Origin: Ramazzottius varieornatus
Lineage: Eukaryota > Animalia > Tardigrada
DNA length: 64,000 bases
Direction: 5' to 3'
Assembly: GCA_001949185.1 (NCBI GenBank)
Contig: BDGG01000010.1
Location: 1,125,773 to 1,189,772 of the forward strand
The notes beneath the pieces are model-generated. The model had not been told where the DNA came from. It worked only from the letters and a program-made list of their open reading frames with translations, and made no database searches. Below, one piece after another: positions 47,899-60,098 of the stretch. A program made the position numbers and the translations under genes. Every line of letters begins with the position of its first letter. Within the stretch, counting starts at the first letter, position 1.

Positions 47899-50615
47899 AT
47901 GCCTGTTCGAGCTCATCCACGAACGAGGCTTCAGTTGCCCACACGCTCCCTCTCCCCACCGTCCGCATCGGTTTCCCCTCCACAGGATGAGCCACATGTT
48001 TTCCAGTCGAAACCGATCGTGACGAACGAAGATGCCAGCTTACTAGACTCGAACAACGATGTGTTGCCGGTTGGTGCCAGCGCCAGCCTTGGATCCTCCG
48101 AAGTGGCGATCGACCCTCCAACCACGTCCAACTCGCTTGCATCAAAAGAGGAGATGGAGTCCGATGCCGACAAAGATCCGGTTGACAGCCTGCAGCAGTC
48201 TGCAGCGAACCTTCGCATCGAAACTTCCTCGAGAATAGAAGTTGATTTACCACAAGACGAAAACGTCAACGAGGAAGCAGTCAAGCCGGCGTGGGACGAA
48301 AGCAGATTATATCAGAAGAAGATACATTTCGAACATCCGTACATCGAGCTCGTGGATTCACCGATCCCACCCGAGGAAGCTGACAGTCGACCGAATGGAC
48401 TCTTTGCTCATAACATCATTCCCGCCATAGGTGCTTGTATTACTTTGCGTGGAGGGATGTTCTACGACGGGTCCGGCAATCGTCCCAAGAAAGCTTCTGA
48501 GCAGATTATGAGAGACCATTGGGGGTGGCAAGCTAGAAAGAGAGAGTACGATCGTGAAATGATGATTAAACGACGGAAACGAATGGAGCCGTGGGCTGCT
48601 CGCGCCTCTCGGAAACTCGAAGTTGATCAAGGTAAGTAATGCTAAGCCTGAGGCAACGCGGCTAAGTCGGCCACCTATTAAATATAAATACGATCCAATG
48701 GGCTGGATGGCCGACTAACACTCTATGCCTTCACTTTGTTAGGTTGCATTGTACGTCGCTGAATGTGTTTGGGTCTTTTGAACAGGCGTCGGAACGGCAG
48801 AGCACTATATTCCGGACACCCTGTCGGCCGACAAGGAAGAAGACGTTTTCGGCGGTCTGGATGAAGTCGTTACAGGTCCATACATCGACGACGCGATGGA
48901 GCTGACCATCACGTGCTCGTATGAAGGTCCGTGGACTCGTCCACCGGACACACCACAGCCCGTCTTCGACCTTCAAGGCCTCAGATTGCCAACTCGACTT
49001 CACCAGAACGTTATTGGCTGTAAGATTGAGGATCTCTTACCAGTACAGCGTCAAGTCATCCCGCTGGTCCAGAAAGGCTTCGACGTCATCGGTGTCTCCC
49101 CTACCGGCACCGGCAAAACGGTTGGTACTCTGGTTCTTTCTGACGATACTCCCGTGATATTTCACTAACCTATGCTCTTGAATGCGTAGGCTTGCTTTCT
49201 GATACCGATCATCCAAGGTATCTACAACGAGAAGACTTCGGCCACGCCTGTTGGTACCAGTGGGATGTCGCGACTTCGAGCGCTCATCATTGTCCCCACT
49301 CGTGAACTCGCTGCTCAGATCCAGGAGAACACGGTAAGGCTATCGTATGGTTTGAACGTGACCGCCTTGGCTTTGTATGGTGCTATCGACTTCAAACACT
49401 TGGAGAGTAAACTGGCGGAGAAACCTGACATCATCGTCGCGACTGCTGGTCGACTGAAAGAGGTCATGGAAAAGAATCTGGTTCGTCCATTTAAATCCTT
49501 TAGACAATGATGGCAGATGCTTTACTCGGCCTGTCTGTTTTCAGATCTCAGTTTTTCACGTGAAGTACGTGGTGGTGGACGAAGTGGATCGAATGATGGT
49601 GGCCAACGGGTTCGCCGATCTGACTTGGGTCTTCAACCACGGAACGTTCCCCACTTTGGACAAGCGGCAGACGCTCTTCTTTTCCGCCACCATTTCTGAA
49701 CCACAAACACACTTCCTGAAGAAGCACCAGTTCAATCCTTTCGCTGTCCGAGTAGGTGTCGTCGGTCCCATCGCCGTGGTCCAGCAGTCGTTCGAGAGGA
49801 CCAAGGGCTTCTATGAAAAACTGAGCCAACTCTATGCCTACCTGGAGAAAGCAGGTATGCATTAGCTACGATAAGAAAATATGGATCTTGTCGTAGGATT
49901 GATCCGCTGCATCTACGTCGTTTATTTTCAGCCACGGAAAACTTGACTGTGATAATATTTGCCGGAACCAAGAGTAACTTGACGCGTCTGGTCGGGGAGA
50001 TGAAGGCATATTCGTTTGCACAACATCACGGGTGCGTTAAAGTATTTCCCTACGTAGCTTCCTTAATGTGACAGTTGCTTTTTTCGTTATAGTGATCTCA
50101 TTCAAGTCGAACGAGCCGAAAGTCTACGACTATTCACCACGAAAGAAGTTCCCATCTTGCTGACAACCGACATCAGTTCGCGCGGTAAGAACTAGGGTCA
50201 ACTAACTGGTTCATCTTGAAACTGGCAATGAACGACTCTATGCATGGCAGGGTTGGATATCGAGGAAGTGGGCTTGATCATCAACTTCCACATGCCGCCT
50301 TCCGTCAGCGACTACATTCACAGAGTCGGTCGAACTGGGCGCAAAGGACACGGTGGTTCAGCCGTGACGTTCTATGAACCACACGGTAAACGCGACCTGT
50401 TGGTCCTAGGACCACTAATCAATCTCTTGAGGAGCTGTGGTGTCGAGATACCGTCCTCGCTGAACGCGGAAGTCACTCTGGCTTACCAAACACATGGTCT
50501 CGAACGCCCGGAAGACGACAGCGTGGTGCAGACAGCAAGTGATTTGGCTGACATGGGAGTGTACCTTCAGCCGGAAGATCCGGTCTTTACTTCAACGTTC
50601 AAAGCTGGCTTTTGA
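47899..50615 (+). CDS. Divergent DEAD-box RNA helicase (Vasa/DDX3-like), multi-exon
   Basis: [49 protein letters not shown]; long disordered N-terminus. Confidence 0.85.
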
Positions 50616-50818
50616 TAGCGACTAATTACTATTAAAGGCTTCCTGTTTTCTTCCGCCCTTGCCAACGAAGTTTCAGTCTGTTATCTCACTGCACCAAAGC
50701 ACTGCGGCATGTTTTCTGTTTTGGTTTTTTATAGACTATGTTCGACGATACTATCATTCTAGTTCTTCTGCGGAAAAGGAATGTAAAAGGCTACTGAAAA
50801 CCAACAGGGAACAATGGG

Positions 50819-51577
50819 TCAAGGAAATAATTCAGAAACTTGTCTTCGAGTGTCTTCAGGAGAAGTAACAGTGTGCCCGATAGTTCGCGGATCTTCGAAG
50901 ATCTCGTAATCATTTCCGCCAGGCATAGTTTTGTCCCCAAAGAAATGAATAGTTTTATAGCCGTCTTTCACAAGTTGATCTAGACAGTAAGTTTTATCCC
51001 AGCCTTTCGGAAACACATCTAGACTAATCTGCCCACCTATACTAAAGACTAATCCATCTTTCGCGAACTTCTGCCGAAAGTCCGCGGCCATCTTGTCTCG
51101 TATCCCGTGGACCTTGTCGAACTCAAAGAAGGCATCGCGCTCAGCTTGGGTGCACGAACGACCAACAGGACAGACATTCAGCATGCCTTTGCGGAACTCG
51201 ATGAACGTGCCGCGTTTACAGGGAAGACGCAGTTCGGAGAGGTAGCGTAGAGCGTAATTGATGAAGTCTTGGAGCTTTTCCTCGCCGAGGAACTCTTGTA
51301 TGCTGACTTCGTGGATCAATTTACCTCGCTTGTAGGCCACAAGACCGTTCTCTGAGAACAGGTAGTCGAACTTTCTGGCTTCTTCAAACCCAGACATTTG
51401 CTCGGCAATCTTGGCTAGGTCTGATCCGCCGACTATTCCCACTTGCACTTTCTTCCGTAAGTCTTCCATGAAGGCTTTCATCTCTGGCGTGATGGTGACG
51501 CGGGACTTCGTGAGGGTGCCATCGACATCGAAGAGCAGGATTGTGTCTCCTGAACGGTTATCGCTTGCAGACGTCAT
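50819..51577 (-). CDS. PMM2: Phosphomannomutase (HAD family), intronless CDS
   Basis: [54 protein letters not shown]. Confidence 0.97.
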   Translation of the reverse strand: MTSASDNRSGDTILLFDVDGTLTKSRVTITPEMKAFMEDLRKKVQVGIVGGSDLAKIAEQMSGFEEARKFDYLFSENGLVAYKRGKLIHEVSIQEFLGEEKLQDFINYALRYLSELRLPCKRGTFIEFRKGMLNVCPVGRSCTQAERDAFFEFDKVHGIRDKMAADFRQKFAKDGLVFSIGGQISLDVFPKGWDKTYCLDQLVKDGYKTIHFFGDKTMPGGNDYEIFEDPRTIGHTVTSPEDTRRQVSELFP

Positions 51578-52385
51578 TACGCTAACTGTGCGGCTAACAG
51601 GTTCTGCAAAGACCGTGCATTATAGGACATGCAATCCAAGAACCATGGTGATCGTTATCAGTTGCAAAGAACGGTAACACCACACGGCTTTCGCCCACTT
51701 ACCTGCGAATCCGAGTAACAAGAAAAGCCGATGCCGTCTAATAGCAGCAACTGTGATCTTTCTCTCTCTTTGGCTCTGCTGTGTAGTTCGTGTCCGCGTA
51801 CTGGTAGCCTCAATCCGACCGAATCCCGGTGGATCAAGTTCACTCGCAAGTAACGAAGCTATCAACAAGCACGACAATGACGGCCTGACGGGGAGGGCAT
51901 GTGAGCTGGAATGCCACGTTGGAAGGAATAAAATAGTGATAAAGAGCAACTTCAAAAATTGCTGATCGGTTTGTTTACGATAAATCAGACAATCAAAGTG
52001 AGAGTCAGTAGGCGTGCCGGAAGTAACGTCAGAGCGTCCGCAAGCAACAAGTTGCGCATGCGATCTAGCTGTCCGGTCACATTTCGGTTAACTTCCGTGA
52101 GGGTTTCTCCGTTTATAAGTATCGAGTCCATCCTAGGTTCTAGCATACTCCCAAGCTCTATGGATCGGTAATTTTGAAGTTCTGATGCTGCACACACATA
52201 AGATGGATGATGCTTGAAACAGTCACACGTCCTCACAACCACATAACAGCTAGAAGACCCGGAACAAAAACGAAAACAAAAGTTACAAACTGACATAGTA
52301 AAACACTTTGGCATGACGTTGTATTACAAACCACTGAAGACAACAATGGGAGAGCCAAAGAACCGGGACATATTTTATGCCACCT

Positions 52386-53445
52386 TCACACAGCACGCGT
52401 CTTCTCTTGCGGTTGCTCGATCAGATCTTTTTCCTTCGGATCTTTTGCAAAAACATCAACGGGCAGTCCTTCGATTTCGCACTAAAAGCAGTAAGCATCG
52501 TATTGAAGGAAGTTTCGCTTGCGTAGTGTTTGGTACACACATAATTATGGACTAACTCCATCTGGACCAGCATCCGCCCACCACCACAGAAACGCTGTCA
52601 GCTTACCGCAAGAACCTTCATTGCAACTCCTTCCGGAAGATTCCGCTGTACATACTCGAGGTAGGTGTCTGCTGTCGATCCGGTCAAGCGCTTCATCTGA
52701 GCCGTGAAAATACCTTAACTAGAGTTCACCGGAAATAGCAAATTGAGCCACCTTATGCATACCTGTATCACTCGGAAGTATGTCCGAATTTCATACTGAA
52801 CCATGTGTTTCTTGTAAACGAAGGCGGATTTTAACAGAGAAAACCTATTGTAATTTCGGAGCGGGGTATACCTGGAAGAGTCAAGCACGCGGCATTACTG
52901 TACAATAGTTAATACAGGCTACGAAGTACAAACACTTCGATACCTGTATAGGCAAAAGGAAACTCACACTCTGGAGACTTTGATACCAAGTTCCTCGGCA
53001 GCCCGCGTTAGGAACCATTGGTAGCTGTCTAATACTGCTTCCTCGTGTCCTCTAAGCTCCAGCTCAATCATTTTGTAAAGTTTGTCTCGTTCATCCAGCT
53101 GAAAACAAACACCACATATATCAGCTTATTAGAATCGCGAATCCAATACTATGAGTGATCACTCACGTTGTCCTGAAAGCCACGCTCGCTTCCCAAAGTC
53201 AGGTATGCGTCTTCCTTGTCCATCTTCTTAGCAGGCTTTGTTAAACATCGTTTGTGCTGAAGTTGGTGAGCAGCAAGAGATTTTTCGCCTAGTAAGCGCT
53301 TGTCGGTGTTCCGTCCCTGGCTAATGCAGCACCGAGTTGCTACCGATCGAGAACAGCGGACCACCTGCAATGACTGGTCATGTCTGCGCACTACGCTTTC
53401 CGCCGTCGTCCGTCCTAGTAGTCGTGCAGCTGAAGATGCAGCCAT
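52386..53445 (-). CDS. MRPS10: Mitochondrial ribosomal protein uS10m, multi-exon
   Basis: Transit peptide; [20 protein letters not shown]; [19 protein letters not shown]; [23 protein letters not shown]. Confidence 0.92.
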
Positions 53446-53822
53446 GCTTTGAGATCTCCCGCACGCAGGTACCTGGAAAAAATATTCGAGGGAAAAGGAA
53501 GGTTGGACTGACTTGGACTGCTGCTGGAGCAGTAGGCGAAGGGCCTCCGGCTGGGAAATTTAAAAACTCCCTTGATGATGGGCTAGATCCCTGGGAGGAC
53601 AGTGCAGCCCCGGGGGAATATTATCCAGCACCAGCTGAGGTCGCAGTTTGAGAAAACCAAAACAAAAGCTGGCAGAAAGTTGTGGCCGCGAATTTCTTTG
53701 AATCTGTCCCAGTATACTCTATCGCCCGTTGTCCTGTGCTCAGTGTGCTGACTTGTCGCCGGAAGAAAGAGCTACAGGGACGAGAAGAAGTTCCTTTGCA
53801 TACTGCTTGTTTCGACTAGAGA

Positions 53823-55370
53823 ATGTCGCGAAGAGGAACGCAGCAAAGCCAAGGCGCCAACTTGTCCCAGTCGCAACAGTCAAGCTCCATCCGTCCGTCG
53901 GATTCGTCTACTGAAACGCCCGACTTTAACACTTACGGAGATTTCCACAAGGCAGTTCTCTCCGTGTTTTTAGCTCAATCCATTCTGGACGGTCGACAAG
54001 TTCGTCTACTCTTCCAGAACACCTGCCCCGCATTTGGCTGTGAGCATACGATGTTAACAGTCCGTGATTATATCTGACTACTTTCGTTTTTCACAGTGAC
54101 GTTTCCGGAGGAGACCAAGGATTACTTCAACGCCGTAGCTTGCACATTCGGCACCATCAATGCTAGGATCAAAAAGTATAGCCTGCTGATCAAGAGGGTT
54201 TGTTCGGGCTCGCGTATTGAAAGCTACTATTGTTTGGTAGGTAAATGCGACTGTTTTTCCTACGTTAACACTCTAAATGATTCGTATACTTTGTCCGAGG
54301 CTGTGCCCGTTCTGATGCCGTCTTATGTTTGACTTATTGCAGGCAAACAAGTCCACCAACAGTATTCATCAAACCCAAGAAGTTTTCAGCAGAAAAGAGC
54401 TGGAGTATCTAAATGAACTGGTGCGTACATATGGAAAAAGTGGTACAACAGATCTTGGTTGTACGAAGACCTCGATCTCGAGCAGCGCGAAGTGTTGTTC
54501 CAGACGAAAATTACATACTGCGTTATGGCTTTAAGGTCAAAGCTATCCTGAAGTCGGGTCGTGGTCATCTTACAGACCACGAAGCCGGAAACGTGGAGCT
54601 ATCGTCTCGAATGACGCAAAGTAATTCGCAGGAAATGCGGAAGAAGTTTGTGGCGTTGCAGTTCATCGAAACAGATGTACGTACTCAAAATGCATATGAA
54701 TTTCTGTAGATGTACGTTTAACGTAAGCTTTCACCTGTTACAGGACAACGGAAAGTTGGTGATCGCGCCTCGGGCGCTGGCAGAGTTGGAACCGGAACTC
54801 CGTCGAATCAACGACGAGGCCGGAGAGGAAAACGTGGAAAAGTGCTCCTTCTGTCAGGGTATCATAGTAAACAAGGTATGCACATCGATTCTAAGTTACG
54901 CACTGTACCCGCATTGTAGGCTCCGCCTAAAAGCTTTCCATTTTCTCGTAGCAAGGTGTGGAATGTGGCGAGTGTAGTCAACGGTGTCATCCGGTTTGCT
55001 TGATGCGAGTCTTGGAACCCGAACAACCTGCCGGCTCGAAAAGCCGCATTAACTGTTCTGCCTGCATGAAGCCGTTTCCCGAAGATATTCTCAAATGTAA
55101 GCTTCCAATGTCAAATCCGAATAGGTTTTCGTGGTTCGTTGAATTTCATGACAATGGGTTCGAGACCAGAGAAATTACATTGTTGCTTTACTTTCAGGTT
55201 GTCGCAAGATGGGTAACAAAGAGTGTAAGTCTATAGCGAGCGAAGAGCAGACCGAACAAGAGCGCTTCGAACGAGTTGACAAGGTATTCTCGAACCGAGA
55301 TACAACAACCAACACCAAACGAAGGTCCAGAGCAGCGGGCGACAGAGATACGACGGTCGGTATGGAATGA
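53823..55370 (+). CDS. NSMCE1: SMC5/6 subunit NSE1 (winged helix + RING), multi-exon
   Basis: FHKAVLSVFL, FSRKELEYL, APRALAELEP, CSFC...CGEC..CHPVC...CSAC. Confidence 0.8.
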
Positions 55371-55405
55371 GTCCACCTTTTCCGCCCAACAACAGAAAGC
55401 TCATA

Positions 55406-55452
55406 CTTGCTACCACCTGTCATTTGCACCAACTTGCTACCACCTGTCATTT
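55406..55452 (+). repeat. Short tandem duplication
   Basis: ACTTGCTACCACCTGTCATTT twice. Confidence 0.85.
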
Positions 55453-58398
55453 CCTCGACGAAAAAATCAGATTGCTTCTTTTCCGCCTGTTGTTCAACAC
55501 TGAATATTTGGACAGGCCAGCAATCTTACGGTTATATTGGTAATTAGGTTTTCGTGGTACTTTTTTCGCCATGTACTGTACGTAACGAATGAATCGGTTG
55601 AGTCCACCATCCTACGATTAGCACCAGACTATGCATGGGAACGTATGATCGTAATTATCATAGTTACGGTATGAGTGACCTAATCATTGCCTAATAATAA
55701 TGATAATCATCATTATCATCCTAATTTATATATACTGTTATCCATTCATTTTCACTGTACGCTCTGGCATTCGCCAAACTTCGGTCCGAATTGGTTGAAA
55801 TCTTGCCCGAAAGTCGGAAACGGTGTCCAGATGTTCTGACGTGGTCGTTTTCTTCAGTTTTCTATCTTGCAGTTCTGGTTCTGTTTTTTTGTGTCAATTT
55901 CTGTGTCGCCCGTATGTTTTCATAATACAGCTCATTGCTCAGCGAACTAGCAAATAAGTTAGATAGCGCCATTATCTGAGCTCTATGTGCGCTGGCACAT
56001 ACATCTTGCTGTGGTACTCTTCTGGATATTCACTAGCGAAGAACCCAACAGAGTTAGTCCCTGTTCCGTACACCATTTGAAACTTAGTGGTTCAAACCTA
56101 CTCGAACTCCACCTATGTTTGGCTGATCTAGCCGTTTTGGGATAAATGGTTTTCCGGCGGACCGTACGTTCCCGAAGTCCACATGTGGATCTGTAGACGG
56201 TGATCGGTGGGATACACCTTTCGCCGAAACTTGGTGCAGCACTTTTTCGAAATCGGCGTGACCAAACGATCGAGTTCTAGAACTTCCCCGGTACCCGCAT
56301 AACCGTGCGGCAGCACATACTGATTTCACCTATGCACAAAACTATAAAAGACTTCCGTAGCATGTTTCAAATAAAATTTTTATTCTTGGGAAATCAACCA
56401 GCAGTGTTTCAACAGAAGTACCAAGTATAAAATCATACAATGCACGCCAAGGTTAACCTTGAGAAATGGCGGGGGGTGGGGTCGTGTTATCTTGAAGCAG
56501 CTCACCATAAAACAGCGTCTGTCCAGTTCCCGAATTGTATTGGCTGTAGATCGCAGGCACCATCTGACGCCACTCTGAGCTGGCGCACCAAATAGTAGTT
56601 CGTCAAGCTAATAAGAAGCAGAGCTATCAGTTTCTGACAAAAAGCTACGCAGCAAAATCACCGAAGTAGCCAATTGCGTCTTATAAAATATCACCGCACG
56701 AAACCGTTGTAATTGTATGAGATTATCGTTTCAAGTTTCACAAAAGTTTCTGCGGGTTGCTAGAAATCTGAGCTGGAAAAGCACAAAACGGAAAAGGTCG
56801 ACTAAATCAACTAGCTACCCAAAGTAAATAATCGATGTAGAGCAATAATACTATTAAAAACGGAGCAGCCTCACAAATGATCGAAAACTGGCTGTTCTAC
56901 TGCGCTTGGTTACGGGTTCCAAAATATTTTATCTTCAATCGTGAACCGTCTAAGACGCGACGAAACGTTTTGCTAATTGAACGATATCAGTGGACACCTC
57001 GAAAACTTTTTGGAGTGAATATCAAACAAAATTAAAGATATAATGGTTTCAATTTATGCAGTTTGAGATTCCCTTGTGAGTGGCACTGAGTGCACTATGT
57101 TTGGAACGAGCCTACGAGATTTATTCATTCCGAACTGAGCGTAGCTTTCAATATTTACATTGCCATTTTTCTGCATTATCCATTTCCGTTTTTCTACATC
57201 ATTGACAAGCTGCGAGGGAGCCGAAGGCGAAGCGAACAGCTTGTAGTACGGTATGATTATGTTACGGTATGGATCATGTATCATGCGTAGGATGCTGGCG
57301 AGTTAACGTATGATGGTGGACCCGTGGACGGGTCTGGCTATGGAACGTGATGCGAACTGGAAGGGAGTTCAGGGGGCGCAGACCGAGAGGCCCCGCAAAT
57401 GCAGACAACCACACTGCGGTATCAGCAATTCGCGACAAATTGAACCGAACCAGTTACAAGATCTCAGCTCGCAACAACTCAGGCCAGTCCTCCGAAAACA
57501 CCTACCCAACCACGTCACGTCTCTACCAAGCCACTCCGACAACCGGAACCATTACTTCGCAGACAAGACCCGACCGTCCCGAAATCAGTCTACAGAAACC
57601 ACGGTAATCGAAAATTTTTGTGTATTTCGAGCCGCCCCTGGTCAAGAACACAGTCAAGGCGAAAACCCCCAAAAAGACTTTCACCCCTCAAAATCCCATG
57701 GTTTCCGGAACAAATTCCTCACTAGCAATCATCACCATTAGACTCATCTCGTCGAGTTTTATCGTCCTAGACAGGTAGGGGCGAAAAATAACGCCCCCGG
57801 GGGGTCAAGTCTTGTCGATGGTTCGGAAGCTCGAGCCTCCAGATAACTTTCGATGTCGCTTTTATAGGGAGAAGGGCAGTGTTGCTCCGATCATTGCAAT
57901 CGATAGTTGGAAATGGCCGAAAACGACCGTTTTTGAATTCCAATATGAGAATTGAAATTAGGAATCCCAAGCTGGAAATTTCCAATATTAATTGGAATTG
58001 TATTCGAATTCCGGAAACAGGAAAAACTATAAGTGGTAATTAAAATAAGCAATGTGACTACTCGAATTATTGAATTTTACCGCGCCCTACAGCGCGGTGA
58101 AACGCACGTAGGTGTCCCAAGTATCGGAGTTTCTGGGTGTCTGTGGCGCTTGATTGGGCGAACATGTATGCCTATCTGCATGTAGCACGACGGAGAAAGG
58201 CACGAGGCTTACAGTTTTGTTTTGCGAATCACGCGCGGTGCATCGATGTACGCGCGAAGTTTAACCCTGGTCCCGATATTACTAACTACCAGCATCCTAA
58301 GGGATGTTTCGCGTGTATGACGACGTACACGCAAGGCTTCAGGGACACGAAGCATTACAATACCTGATTTCATCAGCGCATCTGTTTTTGATGCCTTG

Positions 58399-58635
58399 AG
58401 TACACGCGACTGACCTAATTATCGGCCTGCACAAAATTTCTGGTCGGACGGGCTGGCGGCAGTTTAACGCAGAGATTGTTATGTCGTAGCAGAAACTAGC
58501 CCTGTGACGTCAACAAGTAGTATTTCGCAGTGCAGTATGCGGAATACAGTGTCGTTCCAGATTTCGTTTCTTGTTTCGTACTTCTTTTCCTATCTTGAGG
58601 AAGGTTGGCCTAAAATATGTCGGAAGGTCTTAAGC
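58399..58635 (+). repeat. Dispersed ~240-bp repeat, copy 2
   Basis: Highly similar to 42540-42780. Confidence 0.85.
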
Positions 58636-58749
58636 ACACTGTGATTCCGATTAATCGTAATTGCAAATGAAATTGCAATTGAAAATTGAAAAGTCATATC
58701 GGAACAACACTGCGTTCCATACAGCGTGTTGTTACATGTCATGTCATGC

Positions 58750-59250
58750 TAAGGTTGGGCATTCCAGATCCCAGTCCTTTCCATATTCCGTTCCTTTCCA
58801 GGAATCCCTCTCCTGGAGGATTTAGAACGATGGAATTCCTATTTTGGAAAACAGCCGAAATCTGCAAAACTAGTAGGAATTCATTGAGGAATACCGCTGT
58901 TATTCAGATTTTCCAGCTTAAATAATGTATCACTTAATCGAAGGCCTCTCGAACCCAAAAAGATGGTGGGTTTTATGGAAAGCACGGTCAGCTTTTTCGA
59001 CGTGACTGTGGTGTCTGATGGGTGGCAGCAATACTTTGGACCAAAAAGACATTCGTCCGCATGGTACTTCGCGTAGGAAGTGCACATCTTGATCGATATA
59101 ACCCCACAAATACATACGTTTTCACAGTTCTTTGGAATTCCAAGTTTCCGTCCGAGAATTTTGCAAAAAGAAAATAGGAGCATAGGAATATTAGGAATTT
59201 CTTTCCTATTTTCCATTCCGAGAGGGTATGGTCTGGAATGCACAACCTTG
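58750..59250. mobile_element. hAT-type MITE (TAAGGTTG end), copy 2
   Basis: Ends TAAGGTTGGGCATTCC / GGAATGCACAACCTT; flanking GTCATGC duplicated; GGAAT motifs. Confidence 0.7.
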
Positions 59251-59506
59251 TCATGCATTATAACGTATCCTGTCAACCCATTTCACGATTCGGTCGATCA
59301 AAGATCAACGGTTGCTTGTGTGTACTTGTCCTCTTTGTTTTCAATTTTTTCTCTTCAATTTTTTATCAAGCTTCGACTTATCTCGTTATCTTGATTCTTG
59401 AAGACTTGCGGAATGTGGATCGTATCTACGGCTTCCCGTGTAGCTTGTGACAAAATCCGATTATACCGAGAGTTGTTTTTTCACCCCTGCCATCGCCATT
59501 CAATTC

Positions 59507-59977
59507 AGCTCGTCGAGATCTATCGATCTGCATCAGCCGTTTTCCCGGAGAACCAATCCAGCCCTGGCGGTGAAACCACCCCGCGAGCGGTTTCTGACTA
59601 TCCGTACCACAAACCGGAACTGAACCGAGCCAAGCGAGGTTCACTACTGTTCTTACGCACGACCCGCTGCGCCGTTCGCAAACCTTCATCCCTCACCCCC
59701 ACCCAAACCCTGTAACCCCTCGCTCACCCCTCCCTAGCAGCTCGCTAACCCCCCACCACCCACACGCCCCCCTAACTCCTCGCTTACCCCACTTAGTGGC
59801 TCGCTAACCCCCACCTAGCGGCTCGCTGACCACCCCCACCACCCACACGACCCCTCTAATCCCTCGCTGACCCCCACCTAGCGGCTCCCTGTGCCTTCCA
59901 ATTTCAAGTTCACCCCTTCGCACGTGCAGTCATTTTCCGGGAAAACAGCTGATGTAGATCGATAGAGCTCGTTGAGT
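59507..59977. repeat. Inverted-repeat element enclosing a C-rich CTCGCTAACCC minisatellite
   Basis: About 40-bp IRs (CTCGTCGAGATCTATCGATCTGCATCAGC.../...GCTGATGTAGATCGATAGAGCTCGTTGAG); about 7 degenerate units at 59690-59890. Confidence 0.7.
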
Positions 59978-60098
59978 TGTTTCGAGTGGACATGCCAGGG
60001 GCGAAAAATGATGCTCCCCGTTTATCTGGATATCACCTAGCTTGTTAAGGAAGGAAAACTGCGGTTGGATTCTGCAGAAGAAGTGGATACGAGAACCC

